A stretch of DNA of 63,887 nucleotides, the filler included, from Neoconidiobolus thromboides FSU 785 (lineage: Eukaryota; Fungi; Entomophthoromycota), in the NCBI GenBank assembly GCA_025603075.1. It is 6 parts of 6 records of this genome, joined end to end, with 100 filler letters (N's around TTAATTAATTAA, not from the genome) between each part and the next. Parts side by side here need not be neighbours in the genome. Positions count along the whole stretch, not along the records: positions 23,457 to 33,030 come from MU626660.1; positions 33,131 to 38,629 come from MU626747.1; 4 more parts are not named here. One strand, 5' to 3'. Shown in pieces: positions 24,087 through 36,409 of this stretch. Position numbers and translations under genes: made by a program. The notes under the pieces were generated by a model. It saw nothing but the letters and a program-made list of their open reading frames with translations, had not been told where the DNA came from and ran no database searches. The stretch's first letter is position 1; every line of letters starts with the position of its first letter.

Positions 24087-24254
24087 ATATAATCAAGCTA
24101 TAACTAATCAAACAACGTATAAAATTAGTCCTCTAAGGGAAACAGGAAATAAAAATCAACAAGTAGCGTTATTATTAAGCTTATTATCATCAATAGTAAA
24201 CTTTGACAGTATATCTTTTCTTTTTTTATTTTATTATAAAATTCCATAAATCCT

Positions 24255-24541
24255 GGGTTGTTATAAGTAGTTGTTAAAATTGGTGTAAATGTATTGCAAT
24301 GTTTATATTGTATACTCTTCCCTATTATATTGAAATTTTCAAGAATTCCATTTCGAAGTTTAGTTATGAAAGTTTGCATTTTATTTTTGCTTCAACAAAA
24401 AATAAAGTCAATAACTCTATTTATATAATTATATAGTTATATATCTATTAGATATTTAACAGAAATAACATTAGACACAAATTTAAAAATTTAAAATTTG
24501 GATTAATTTAAGTAAATTCTGGAACCAATTCGGACAACCCC
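24255..24541 (-). mobile_element. Family 2 TIR element (~287 bp; GGGGTTGTCCGAATTGG ... ACAACCC) inserted in the OSCA pseudogene
   Basis: Homologous to 62318-62659. OSCA homology stops at one end (..RTVSG) and resumes at the other (G.W..YNKI). No clean TSD. Confidence 0.75.
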
Positions 24542-25069
24542 AGATACTGTTCTTCTCTGGTGTTAGTTTAATAATTGATATTTATAAATAAAATATCGAA
24601 TTGTTGAATTGATGATTACAAATGGAATTATAATGAGTGAAGAGGTGGGTAATAATAATAAAATATTTGAATTAAGATATTGACGTATATAATCGGTAGA
24701 GCAATCAAAAGACTGAGGAGAAGTGAACAATTTAAGTACACTTGGTAAGTAATAAAAAGTATAACTATGAATCATATATTTAAGAAAACTTATGATTTTT
24801 ATAAATTTTACTAAATAACTTAAACATTGACAGCTAATTGATTAGTTCAAAATACAGAGGTAATAACATTGTCTGTTGCTTTAGTAATAATGGACATAAT
24901 TAAATGACAGCTTGTTTCTATAAAACCTTTTGATAAATGCATACTAGCCTCTTACATATCTTTTATCACACCTGACAAAACGGTTATTACATTAGTTGCT
25001 ATTAAGTAACTAATCGATAAAAAAGCAAAATATTTGGACAATATTCTTCGATCTACAGAATGACTATTT

Positions 25070-25166
25070 GGGGATGTTTTTGTATTTAAGGATTTTACTA
25101 GCAATTTTTCCGCTCAAATAGCGCTTAAAAGATAGAAAAAGTAATTAAGCCAAAAAAAACATTCCC
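25070..25166 (-). mobile_element. MITE family 1 copy inside the OSCA pseudogene
   Basis: Flanks ATTT/GTTT; excision restores QGA-N-SHSVDRR. Confidence 0.93.
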
Positions 25167-26256
25167 GTTTGCTCCTTGACAAATTGAAGATTTTTTTAAA
25201 ATATATTGCATAATTAATATGACCCATAATACGACTAACGGGGATGCAGCACCATTTAGTAGCATCTTTTCGGCCACCTTAGTGTCCAGATGCCACTTAT
25301 TTTCAGTAATTGAATTGATGAGAGTAGTGGTTGGTAAGCCGGTAGCAATGATGATTGAAATTGCGGTTAACAATAAATAATTAAGAAAAGTAAAATATAG
25401 AAAGCAGATTTTTTTGTTCTATTTTCATAGCTGGGTTGTATGTTATCCCATATTATATCTTATGGGTGTAGTGTTAATATAAAATCAGGTGGATTAATTA
25501 TAATTTCTAATTTGGAACCTATATCCTTCTCTAATTCTTGAATAGCAAAGTGTACTTTATATAGATCTTCGAAAGAAATAAAAACCATAGTTAATAATTA
25601 ATTCAATCATCTTGAATCAAATTATATGTTTTCGTTGAGTTGTAAAAGTTGATGGAAATAGCGTCAAATCAATTTAGTTTATTTTCTGTTTTGATAAAGA
25701 ATGGGTTTTTAAGTTTATTTTTAAAACCAATCTGTTTGCAGCAACCAGATCTATCTACGTTTGTCATCAATTTGATTTCTACTTCTTCTATCAAACAGTT
25801 ATATTTTTAACATGTTGAACGAGCTTTGATGCTTTAAACACTACAAAACAATCTTTAACTTTAAATCTTAAATTCAACTCACCTACAAATCTCTTAAACT
25901 TTTATTGGTCTCTTAACTCCATTGGTAAATTCAATACTATAATTTCTAAACTACTATCCAATTCCATATACTTTTCTGGTCCAAAATAAACTTGCCTCAG
26001 ATGAATATATTCCAAAATATACTTATAAATCAGAAGCCAAATAGTAGCAACTGAAATCCAAGAAAAAGTAGTATTAGCCCAAATTACATTACTTCTTGAT
26101 TGGCCCAACAGATTAAATACTTGTAAATTGAACTTCCATTGGAATTCCTTGGGTCTTCCCCTACTTCAATTACCAAGAATATAATTGAAAATGATTAACA
26201 CTATTGCAAAAGGAAAAAATACTAAGTTAAAAGTCAATATCAAATGAATGAAGTTT

Positions 26257-26302
26257 AAAAACATATAAACATATAAACATCTAAACATATAAACATCTAA
26301 AC
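26257..26302 (+). repeat. Tandem 8-bp (AAACATAT/AAACATCT) expansion within the OSCA pseudogene
   Basis: About five units; produces GLDVYMFRCLYVYMFLN from an ancestral GLDVYMFLN. Confidence 0.75.
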
Positions 26303-26918
26303 CATATGTTTTTAAAACTTCATCATCTATTGTGTACCACGTTGGGTAGATCCAATCAACCAAACATTGATCTAGTCTAGAGTTCTGCTTCCTAGTTATA
26401 TTGAATTAATTTTATGTCTTTATTCCTTTACCGTTTTACCGAAATTTACCCAAATCCTTCGGTTTTTTCCGTTTATCGTAGATAGCTAGTATTAAGTATA
26501 ATTGATAAAAGTTACTGTTTAATATATAATTGGATTACTGTTGTCAGAAGCTTTTAGTATCGAGAGTAGCAGTAATAAGAATAAAGCTATCAATACTCAT
26601 ACTAATTTTTGATAGATAAAGGAACTGAGGGTTACTTTGATTTCTCGTTTCAAAAATAGTCAAGGAAGTCTAACATTATAAGATATTGCTGGGTGCAGAT
26701 TAAGAAAATAATTAATATTTGAAAAAAAGTAAATTAACATTTGTTAACTTTATTTCTAGTTTCTTGTTTCCTTTTATATCATTATATAGATTACTTTTTA
26801 TATTTGTATTATTCGTTTATGTTAATTGTTAAGGGAATTGAATTTACTTAGAGTTTTTTTTAATATCAAATAATAATTCAAATTAAATGCTATAAAGGAA
26901 TAATTCAAAATATTAATT

Positions 26919-27011
26919 GGAGATGTATTTTTTTAAGAATTTTACTAGAATTTTTCTGCTCAAATAGCGCTTGAAAAATGGAAAAGTAATGAAATCGAAA
27001 AAAACATCCCC
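26919..27011 (-). mobile_element. MITE family 1 copy
   Basis: Flanks AATT/AGTT. Confidence 0.88.
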
Positions 27012-27532
27012 AGTTATTCTTCTTGTTTTACTAATATACTAATTATCTTCTTACATCTATTTACATCGACCTCTATTTTATTAATTAACTATTCATTCAC
27101 TACTTTTTCTAAGGTGATAAAAATGACAATTACACATTATGAAAACTATATCTTATATCAATTTTTTACATGAAATTACCCTAATTTGATAAAAATAGTA
27201 GTTCTAAATAAATTATGACTTCCACTAAAAAATCCTTATTATATCTAAAGTCCTGTCAACTTATTAGTGCCTGATTTCTCAACCAACTAGTTTAGTATAC
27301 TTTAAAAAAACAGTTTTATATAAAACTAAATTTGGTTAAAACTTTATTTTATTTGTCAAAAGTATAATTTATAATACTAAGTCAACTTTAACATGTTTTT
27401 TCACCTTCTGATTAACTCATGTGCTATCATTTGGGCACTTTCTGACATTTCATTTAATAAATTATATTTAAATTTATTTAAATATAATTTATATTGTAAT
27501 AATTTAAATTAGCTTTTTCATTGTAAATATAT

Positions 27533-27630
27533 AAGGATGTTTTTTTTAGTTTCATTGCTTTTTCTATCTTTTAAGCGCTATTTGAGTGGAAAATTATTAG
27601 TAAAATTATTAAACATAAAAGTACATCTTC
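27533..27630 (+). mobile_element. MITE family 1 copy
   Basis: TSD ATAT/ATAT; termini mutated. Confidence 0.88.
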
Positions 27631-27952
27631 ATATTAAATTTATTATCAGAATGAGCTGAATAAACTAATATACGAATATTGTTATTATCTCCGTATTAAT
27701 ATATTTAAAAGGTTTACATATAACTTATCAGTTATACCATTTCTTTATAAAGTTGAGGATTCGATATTGAGAACAGTTTGATTTTTTTAACAAAATTGTA
27801 TGTCTTCCTATGATCTTTATGCTAGATAATAAGCAGATAGCACGAAGTGCTTTACTTTAGCAGTATTCTTGTTAACCATAATAACTCAATAAACCTCACC
27901 AAATAAATTAACATAATGAGCTATAACAATCAAAGCTAGCAGTTTATTCAGG

Positions 27953-28012
27953 GTCATTAGACTAAAATTCGAAGCAAAACACCTCTGCTTCGAACAATGT
28001 CTAGTTAATGAC
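27953..28012. other. Interrupted inverted repeat (hairpin): GTCATTAGAC..TTCGAAGCA-9 nt-TGCTTCGAA..GTCTAGTTAATGAC
   Basis: Perfect 9-bp upper stem plus a lower stem, read directly from the sequence. Confidence 0.6.
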
Positions 28013-28730
28013 AGGGCGCTATAGTTCTGTATCCTGAAATGTATTAAAGAGATCGAGCTCATAGGCCCTCAACTCTTTTTAAACAACTCATTGAGTGTAA
28101 GATGTCAACCACAATTGCAACTTAATTCCATGTTTCTTACTTAAGTACTGACAGATTTTTTAAAGTAGAAAGATGGTATTTGTTAGTCTATGCTATTACG
28201 GATAGATATATAAGTCAAACTAATGTTTTAATCCTCAAAATGGCTTTATTAACAACAAAATTAAGATATTGAAGTATGGGAGAGGTAGGACACGTGACCA
28301 GTGTCACATCCATAGACACTTGGTTTTTGGCACCAATCTTTATTCTTGAAATGGGCAAACCATTGGTTATCTTTTATTAAAAATAAACTTTCTCATATAT
28401 TCATTTTTGTAATTTATTTCTTACTATCGTAGCAGTTACCAATTAAATGCTTCATTTAATCTAAAAATAACAATTAAAACTTCACAACTTGAGAGTGTGA
28501 ATTCATCAAAAAAGTATATGAAAAAATCATGAAAACACCATTATTAGAATGCCTTCTAATAAATGAGCTTAAAATTTATTAATAGTTCCAACTCACCAAT
28601 CAAATCTCTGAACCAAGAAATTTAAAATAAAGAAATCCACTTTTCTCCATAAATTAAAAACAATTAATTTTGTTTTTTTATACCTTGTTCTTAAAAAAAT
28701 AATTTATAATTTTTTATCTTAATTAATTTA

Positions 28731-31306
28731 ATGAGTGATTTACTGAGTTCAATAACTAAAAAAGACCCAGTATCCGTAAAGTCTTTTTTATATCAAAATG
28801 GTATCAATCTATGCATCGGTGCTAGTATTTTTGTCATTTTTTCTATTTTAAGACCCAACAATGGAGGTAATAAAATATAATTTTGCTCCAAAATTTTATT
28901 CATTTTTTAGCTGTTTATCATCGAAGACAAAAGCTGCTAGATAAAAAGTAAATTAAAGTATACTAATAAAAAACAATACTAACTTAAAATAGTAAAAAAT
29001 TTCCAAAGATTGGATCTGGTTTATTTGATTGGATACGGCCAGTATGGCGGACGACGGAAGCAGAAATCCTACAAGTTTGTGGTTTAGATGCTGTTATGTT
29101 TTTAAGGTTTGTAAAACTGATTATAACCTACTGTTTGTCAGTATTTTTGTTTGGGATTGCTTTAACTGTGATCAATTACTTTGGAAGTACAGGCAATAAA
29201 AATACAGATTCAAGTATTAAAGATTCTGGTAAATCAGGGTTTGGAAGTTTTGATTTACAATTGCTCAGTCTTTCTGGGTTTGGAGAAAATCAACGCAACC
29301 TTATTTGGGGCTCAGTGGTATTTGCTTGGTTTTCAGTCTTGCTGGTTGGATATTTGATTTATCGAAATAATGTGGAATACATCAACTTACGCCATGAGTA
29401 TTTTAATTCAAAAGAGTATCAAGAATCTCTTAATGGTAGGACTATAATGGCGCTCCGTATACCGGAGCATCTTCAAGACCAAGAAGTTTTGAAAAATATG
29501 ATCAATAATTTAGATTTAAGATATAAGGCCCTTCAATGTTCCATCATCCCTAAAGTCGGTCATTTACCGGAACTTATATTTGAATATAATCAATGTATAC
29601 GTGAGCTGGAAACAGTAGTAACTAGATGTATCGATAAATCTGGAAACATTAAACCATCACGTCCAACGCACCATTTAAAAGTTACAGGTCTATTCAAGAA
29701 AGGCGAAAAAGTAGATTCCATCACTTATTATACTAGGAGAATCCTTGAACTTGATGTAGAGATTAAAGAAATAAGAGATTATGCAAGTAATTTGCCACCT
29801 TCTAATGTAGCGTTTATTTCATTCCAGGATGCTTTTGCAGCACATATTTCTATGCAAGAGCTTGAAAAGGGAGTAGGCTCTAAATTAAATGGACTCAAAG
29901 ATATGCCAGAGTTTGCCCTTGCACCTAAACCGGATGATCTGATCTGGAATAATGCGCAATATTCGCGTCAAAAGGTACGTAAAAATGGTTTGATTTTTAG
30001 TGTTATGTTTGTAGCTATTTTATTGGGGAGTATTATCCCGTTAACTATTATCACTGGTTTAACTAATCCTACCCATCTTCGTACCATTACTGGTAATAGT
30101 GAGTTGGCCAGAGATACCGCTTCTTCCGTTTTATTGCAAGGTATCATTTCTCCTATTCTTGTGATAGCATCTATGCTTACTGTACAGTTTATTTTAAAAA
30201 GATTATCTATTTATCAAGGTGCAACAACACATAGCTCAGTAGATCGACGCTTATTATCAAAATACTATTCCTTTTTAATACTTAACTATTTGATATTTTT
30301 CAATTTGATTGCAGTATTACCGGATTTAATAGGAGCCTTATTGAAGGTAGATACTACCAGTTCGAATAACTTTTTAGAGAATTTCCGGAATGTAATAAAA
30401 TCGACGGGTACCAGCTTAGCTTTAGGGTTAGTAAAAGTATCTGCTTTTTGGGCAAATCAATTATCCATTAAAACATTAAGTTATTTGTTTGAGTTAGTTC
30501 AAATCATTAGTATGACTCGACGTACGATTCAAAAATATTTTTTAAGATATTCTTCAAGAGATCTTAAAGAGTTTAGTCAACCTCAACCTTTTGAATATTC
30601 CGTTATCTACGCTATGCAATGCTTTAATTTCAGTTTGATTTTGTTGTTTGCTACGCCTGCACCTTTAGTTATTCCTTTTGGTATTGTTAATTCACTTGTT
30701 GCTTATTTTGTATATAAACACCAACTTATGTATGTTTATCAAACTAGTATTGAAACAGGAGGTAGGTTATGGAAAACAGCTTTTAATCGAATTGTAGCTG
30801 CACTTATCCTATCTCAGTTCTTCCTGCTTTTAGTGTTTTTATGTATAGAAGTAAGTGACACTCAATGGATGAGTGTTCTACCACTTCCATTTATCACTTT
30901 AGTAGCTTCTTTAGTACATCAAGCATGGTTGGACTCTAAAGTAGAGTATATTGATTGGCGTTCACCTTATAGAAATTACAATGGTAAAAAAGACCAGAAT
31001 TCACCACGTCCAATAGATTTCAGTTCTCAGTTCCATCACCCAGCATTTTCTCAAGAGTTATTATCTCTCGAAGTGGATCCCATTGTTTTGAACGCTATAC
31101 CGGAATTAGAAAAGGTCAGCCACTTGACTGCTCAGAATGCTGATATGTTTTCACCAGGTAAGTTTGCGTTTCCAGAATCGGGAAGGACTACTCCAGGATC
31201 CATGGTCAGTGAAAGTTCCATTCAACAAATTACTTCTAGGGGTAATGATTCAATGATTGAGCTGTTAGATCGTAATTCTCAACCCCAGAAAATGACCCAT
31301 TTTTAA
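28731..31306 (+). CDS. OSCA/TMEM63/CSC1 (DUF221) mechanosensitive, osmo-gated cation channel; two short 5' introns
   Basis: MSDLLSS..FSILRPNNG/AVYHRR..LFDWIRPVW..GLDAVMFLRF, AFISF, APKPDDLIWNN, PFEYSVIY, LMYVYQTSIETGGRLW. Confidence 0.92.
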
Positions 31307-31667
31307 AAGGTTAGTGAAAGCCATGATATATTAGAAATGTTTTATTGATTTGATATATAGGGTTACTAAGTGATGCGGGTTATAATCACATTTTAAGATA
31401 TAAATAAAATATAATGTAAATTGATTTTATATATTATGATAGTATAAAAAATTTCGAGTAAAACTTCAAGTAAACTTTACATTTTAGATGAATATCAAAT
31501 ATCTGATTTATAAATACCGAAGTTAGTCCTTTCAGAAAAACTCAAATTTTATTAAGGAATCATGGCAATTGAGTTCGTTTTGTCAACTTTCAGGACTACC
31601 TCGGGCTTTAAGTCATAAACCTACCATACTGATTGAATGTAAATTAATGTCATATCTATTAATATAT

Positions 31668-31762
31668 GGGGATGTATTTTTTTGTTCAAGAATTTTATTA
31701 CAATTTTCCATTCAAATAGCACTTAAAAAATGAAAAACAATGAAACTAAAAAAAACAGTCCC
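31668..31762 (-). mobile_element. MITE family 1 copy
   Basis: TSD ATAT/ATAT. Confidence 0.9.
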
Positions 31763-32116
31763 ATATGTTTTATTGGCTATAATGGTACGAGGATGGCAAA
31801 TATTTACTTTTAGTTTATCTAATTGCTTTCAGCTCCTGGAAAACAGCGCTAAGGCGCTAAGTGCCTTTAAGTTGTATTGTAATTTCTTTGATGAACAAAT
31901 ATATTTTATTGTGCTTCAACTAAAAATTCTTGACAATAAAGTTCACCTAATGTCAATTTATTGAATAGCTATATAAGCTGAGTATATTATATTGAAGCTG
32001 CTAGTCTTATAAATATTAATATTTTTTATATTCAAAATCAAAAGATCTGCTTTTAGTTTATTTCTCAATTATAGAATATGTACAATTCAAATAACATTTA
32101 TTAATTTCCATTACTT

Positions 32117-33030
32117 TTAATATCTACGATTAATCCAACGATCAATGGTATCAATCATGACCTTTTGAGTATCTTGTAAAGACTGAGTATTATTAGGATT
32201 TGGAGTGCCCAAATCAGTAACATGAGAACCATCTTTGATTACCATAACAGGGCGATTGTATCTAGATTGCTTTACATCATCAATAGACAATTGGGCCCAA
32301 GGGTCTTTTTCACCATTAGTAAAAATGATGCGATCTGTGCCGATATATTTACCAGCATGGCGGTAATTGATGTGATTTGTGTTTGGTGGGCCTACATATT
32401 TACCATAATATTTACTAGAGCAGAAAAAATTATTGAACCAATCAACAGTTAAGTATTTAGAACGAGTAGATTTTTGTGTAGATACATTTGCAGATGGGGC
32501 AGTTTGCCAGTATCCAAACTCAGTACAGCACTGATAATTCCATTGGCGCATGTTAGAACGTTCACCAGGTATTTGATTAAGCAAATCACTTTCGGAAGCA
32601 AAAGCAGGGCAGGTGAATCCATTGTTTTTATAGAATAGTTGTAGGTGAATCCATTGTTTTTATAGAATAGTTGAAAGGTATCAACTACATTCTTTAATTT
32701 GTCTTCTACTGAGGCTTTGTTTTTGAAACCATCACAGAATGAAGTTACTGAAGGGCTGGAAGTTGGACGACTATATTGTACCATATAAGCTAAAGTATCA
32801 GCAACAGTATAAAGGAATTGAATATCATCTTTTAAGTCTTGACAACCGAAACTATTTTTGATTTGTGAAAATTTAGCTTTATCGGTTTCATAAAGTTTAT
32901 CAACATATTGAGTAACTTCATTCATACTATCTAAACATTGCTCACCAAGTACTTTACCAACAGTAAGATCATACTCGAAAAAGTCCGACTTAGCTTCAAC
33001 TGGGCCACTAGAGGCAATAGCACCATCAAA
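32117..33030 (-). pseudogene. Peptidase S28 (prolyl-carboxypeptidase-like serine peptidase); 5' end lost in the gap; frameshifted by a 32-bp tandem duplication
   Basis: GAIASSGPV, RQWNYQCCTEFGYWQ, IIFTNGEKDPW and GSHVTDL. The duplication at 32611-32673 shifts the frame. Confidence 0.8.
32611..32673 (+). repeat. 32-bp tandem duplication
   Basis: AGGTGAATCCATTGTTTTTATAGAATAGTTG occurs twice with period 32. Confidence 0.9.
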
Positions 33031-33130
33031 NNNNNNNNNNNNNNNNNNNNNNNNNNNNNNNNNNNNNNNNNNNNTTAATTAATTAANNNNNNNNNNNNNN
33101 NNNNNNNNNNNNNNNNNNNNNNNNNNNNNN
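33031..33130. other. Artificial contig spacer
   Basis: 44 N + TTAATTAATTAA + 44 N. Confidence 0.97.
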
Positions 33131-33610
33131 ACATATCAATCCTGACGGCATTAAACGCGATACTCCCATAGTTCCACTGATAGTAAAGACAAAGAATGCT
33201 AATAAAATAATTACTATTGATAAAAACTTGACCTTTATGTTGCTGATAGTAAATGACTTAACAATTGTTAAATAACGAACTATGGATAATTGAGCAGATA
33301 AAGCAATGGCTACAATAACAGTACTACTATTAAGTATTGAGCTAAAAGAACAATATGTACTCTCTTGATATTCTAATGGAGTCATAGATAAATTCCATTT
33401 AGCCACTAAGTTTATATCCAATGATATTGAGAATAATACATCAAATATAGCTATACATGTTATTAAATAAATATCTATCGCTTTTTCTTTTGATAATTTG
33501 GCATTTACTATATAAATCACAACAATGTTTAATATAATGGCAAAGATAGAGTATATAAACATGACTATTTCGAAGGGAAGGGAGTAGCTATATTCTTTGG
33601 GTATGTACAT
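33131..33610 (-). CDS. Class-A (rhodopsin-like) GPCR, TM1 to ECL2; 3' part lost in the gap
   Basis: TM1 Asn (IILNIVVI), TM2 Asp (IAIFDVLF), TM3 Cys (YCSF) and SIVRY (DRY-like), ECL2 GVSRLMPSGLIC. Confidence 0.8.
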
Positions 33611-34192
33611 GTGATTTATTTTTTTATTGAAAAATCAAAATAAAATAATATAAAAGTTATAAAGGCCTGTTGATTTATCTATATTTATGCAATAGTTCCT
33701 TATAAGTAGCTTTAGTCTTTTTTTGGAAAAATCAAATGATTTTAGAGATTTACGAAGCCTTTTATACTAATCCCAGGCATTATAGACAGCTTAAATAGCT
33801 TTGAGCCTTTTTATTAGTTTATTAAACTTTAGTTCTTTTTCATCATTTACTTTGTAAATTTTATTAATCTCAAGCTAGACTGAAATCTAACTTAATTCTC
33901 AATAATGTTTGTATAAATATACACAAGGTATAATTTGAGTGAGTATAGGATCATTGTAATATATTCTATTAAAAATCTTAAACAGATTGTGTTTTATATA
34001 ACTCATCTTCTCTTTTCTTCTTTTTAATATGGTATAACCTTAAATCGCATATCGTATTGACAATAAAGATTATTAAAAATTGATGAAAAGCCATTGCTTT
34101 ACAGTTTGAAATTAATAAAATTTTATGATGGTAAGCCTAATATGACATTTTTGTTTATGGTTTGATTTAGTAATTGATTTAAACCTTTATAT

Positions 34193-34287
34193 GGTGATGT
34201 TTTTTTGACTTCATTACTTTTTCTATCTTTAAGCGCTGTTTGAGTGGAAAAATTGGTGGTAAAATTCTTAAATACAAATACATCCCC
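34193..34287 (+). mobile_element. MITE family 1 copy
   Basis: TSD ATAT/ATAT. Confidence 0.92.
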
Positions 34288-34457
34288 ATATCTTTTCTTT
34301 TATATTTCATTAAATATTTAACTTCTGATCTTTCCATCATAAACGAAACTTTAGCTATTTCTCAACCAAAAAGAATATGATAAATCAACCAATCATAGTT
34401 TACTCTTAGTAATAAAACGAAAAAATCCCATGAAATGCCTCCTAAACATTTTTTACC

Positions 34458-35912
34458 ATGAGTGATGATAAAAAGATAGTAGCTAAGATCGAAGTAATAG
34501 AAAAAGAGAAGCATATAGATGGTCCTATCTTAGGTAATTTAATTAAAATATAACATTTCAATAGGAAAGTTTAAAAAAATTAATAATCCATTTAGCTGAT
34601 TTTCGTGGTAGAATACGAAATGATACTACATTCCAAGGATATACAGCAGATAAAACAGTGCATGAGAATATTAAATATCCAAAGTATGTATTACGTGGAC
34701 AAAGCGACAGCATGATTTATCAATGCACAGAAAAAGAAGAAGAGGGTAGTCGATATTTACTTGGAGTTTATAATAAAAAAGAAAAGAAATTAAAGTTAAT
34801 ATCTTGCCAAGAAATGGAAGCTCAACAAAGACCAGTTAATCTATTAAATTTGAGTTCCATTCAAGAAAATGAAAACTTTAAAGCTGGAAACTTATTTCAA
34901 GATTTTGGTAATAGAAAGATCAAAACTCAACTTTCTAATAGATTGAAGAATGTGGTTCAAGTTGATTTAATTAAAGATGCTTCAGCTTCAATTCAAGCTG
35001 CTATTGAAAATAAAGTTGAAGTTAAAGATGAAGATGAAAAAGGTGAGTTCTAATTATTATTATATTAAAAAGGTATACTAACTATAGAATAATTAGCCGA
35101 GAGTTCTGAATTTGCCTCTTTATTACCTTATTATGATTCTACTACTACCAAACTTCAATTTGTTTATCCATTAGCTCGTATGGTTGATATTGAATTATTA
35201 AATTCAATTGATATTGGAAGTATTGATACCATGAGTGAAGAAGAATGTAGTAAGATTATTAAAACTAAAAATAGTGGGTTTTTAAAGTTTCGTGTTAATG
35301 ATATATTTAGTGCAGGAATGGAATATGATAAAGAAGCACTCAAATATGTATTATATATCGATTATTTAATGAGCATTTATAGCAATAAAAAAATGCAAAA
35401 AGCCGAAAATGCTAATGTATTTAAAACATTATTTGATGGGTTTACGATTCAACCATCACTTCAATTATTACAATTTATATTAGATACTTTTGCAGAAAAG
35501 ATTACGGATATCCATGGTACACCCAATTATTTTATTTCTTCAAAATCAAAGCTGAAGATTGCTATTCATTGTCTTATCCTTTGTTTACACTTTAATGATT
35601 ATGATTTCCCATTAGAAGAATTTGCTAAACAATTTGATGTTAAACCATTAAGGTATGTTTAATTTTTTAACTTTTTAAAACAGAAATAACAATTTTCTTT
35701 TTTTTAGGGCTCGTATGATTGCACGTGGTATTGGATGTGTTATGGTACCAAATCTTAAAGATAGTAAAAAGACAGCCCATGCTAAAGCAGCGTTTAAACA
35801 CTATAAGAGTAGAGATGAAAAAAATTACATTACTTTACATGCTCCACTTAAATTGGCTGCTCATCAAAAAAATGTTAGCAAAAAAATCAAATTTACTCAG
35901 CTAAAATTTTAG
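34458..35912 (+). CDS. RPA49: RNA polymerase I subunit A49 (RPA49/PAF53), about 4 exons
   Basis: GPIL/ADF, RYLLGVYNKKEKKLKL, LFQDFGNRKIK, ASLLPYYD, KLKIAIHCLILCLHFNDYDFPL..FDVKP..IGC and ITLHAPLKL resemble the A49 family; GT..AG introns. Confidence 0.75.
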
Positions 35913-36308
35913 TTGATTTTATTAAATTATAGAAATATTATCATCTTTCTTATACTTGAACTTTTTTATTTTATAGATTATTATTAATAATTTTCTCATA
36001 TTGTTTTTTATTGTAACTCAATTTGTTTAATACTAGTTATCAAAATATTACAATTATATACAATATTTTTGATAAAATATTTGTCATCTCAGGTTTTAAA
36101 TCTTAAAAATTTATCTGTGAAGATTCCCAAAAAGTGTAATTATAATTTTAGATTATATCTCTACGTTTCTAGCGAGATCTTTATTAGTTTTACACTCTAG
36201 CTTAAAATTCATAGAATTTTATATTGAGTAAAGTATGAACTAAATAAGATATTAATTTATTTTAACTAATTCCGATTTTAATTTCTATTATTTAATATAT
36301 CAGTATAC

Positions 36309-36403
36309 GGTGATGTTTTTTGATTTCATTACTTTTACGTTCTTTAAGCGCTATTTGAGTGGAAAGATTGTTAGTAAAATCCCTAAGCAAAAAATACATC
36401 CCC
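36309..36403 (+). mobile_element. MITE family 1 copy
   Basis: TSD ATAC/ATAC, a diagnostic non-palindromic 4-bp duplication. Confidence 0.93.
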
Positions 36404-36409
36404 ATACTT

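Larger units (their letters stand above)
23700..26760 (-). pseudogene. OSCA/TMEM63 (DUF221) pseudogene, inverted paralog of 28731-31306, interrupted by three TIR-element insertions
   Basis: DWIYPTWYTIDDEVLKTYGLDVYMF ~ DWIRPVWRTTEAEILQVCGLDAVMF; YIHLRQVYF ~ YINLRHEYF; QGA/NSHSVDRRILSKYF ~ QGATTHSSVDRRLLSKYY; PQSFDCS ~ PQPFEYS; YNKI....I..Q ~ FNRI....I..Q. Stops and frameshifts throughout; outer limits approximate. Confidence 0.85.

Noticed and set aside
27953-28012. SECIS element
   Set aside because: No AUGA/GA non-Watson-Crick core flanks the stem on either strand.
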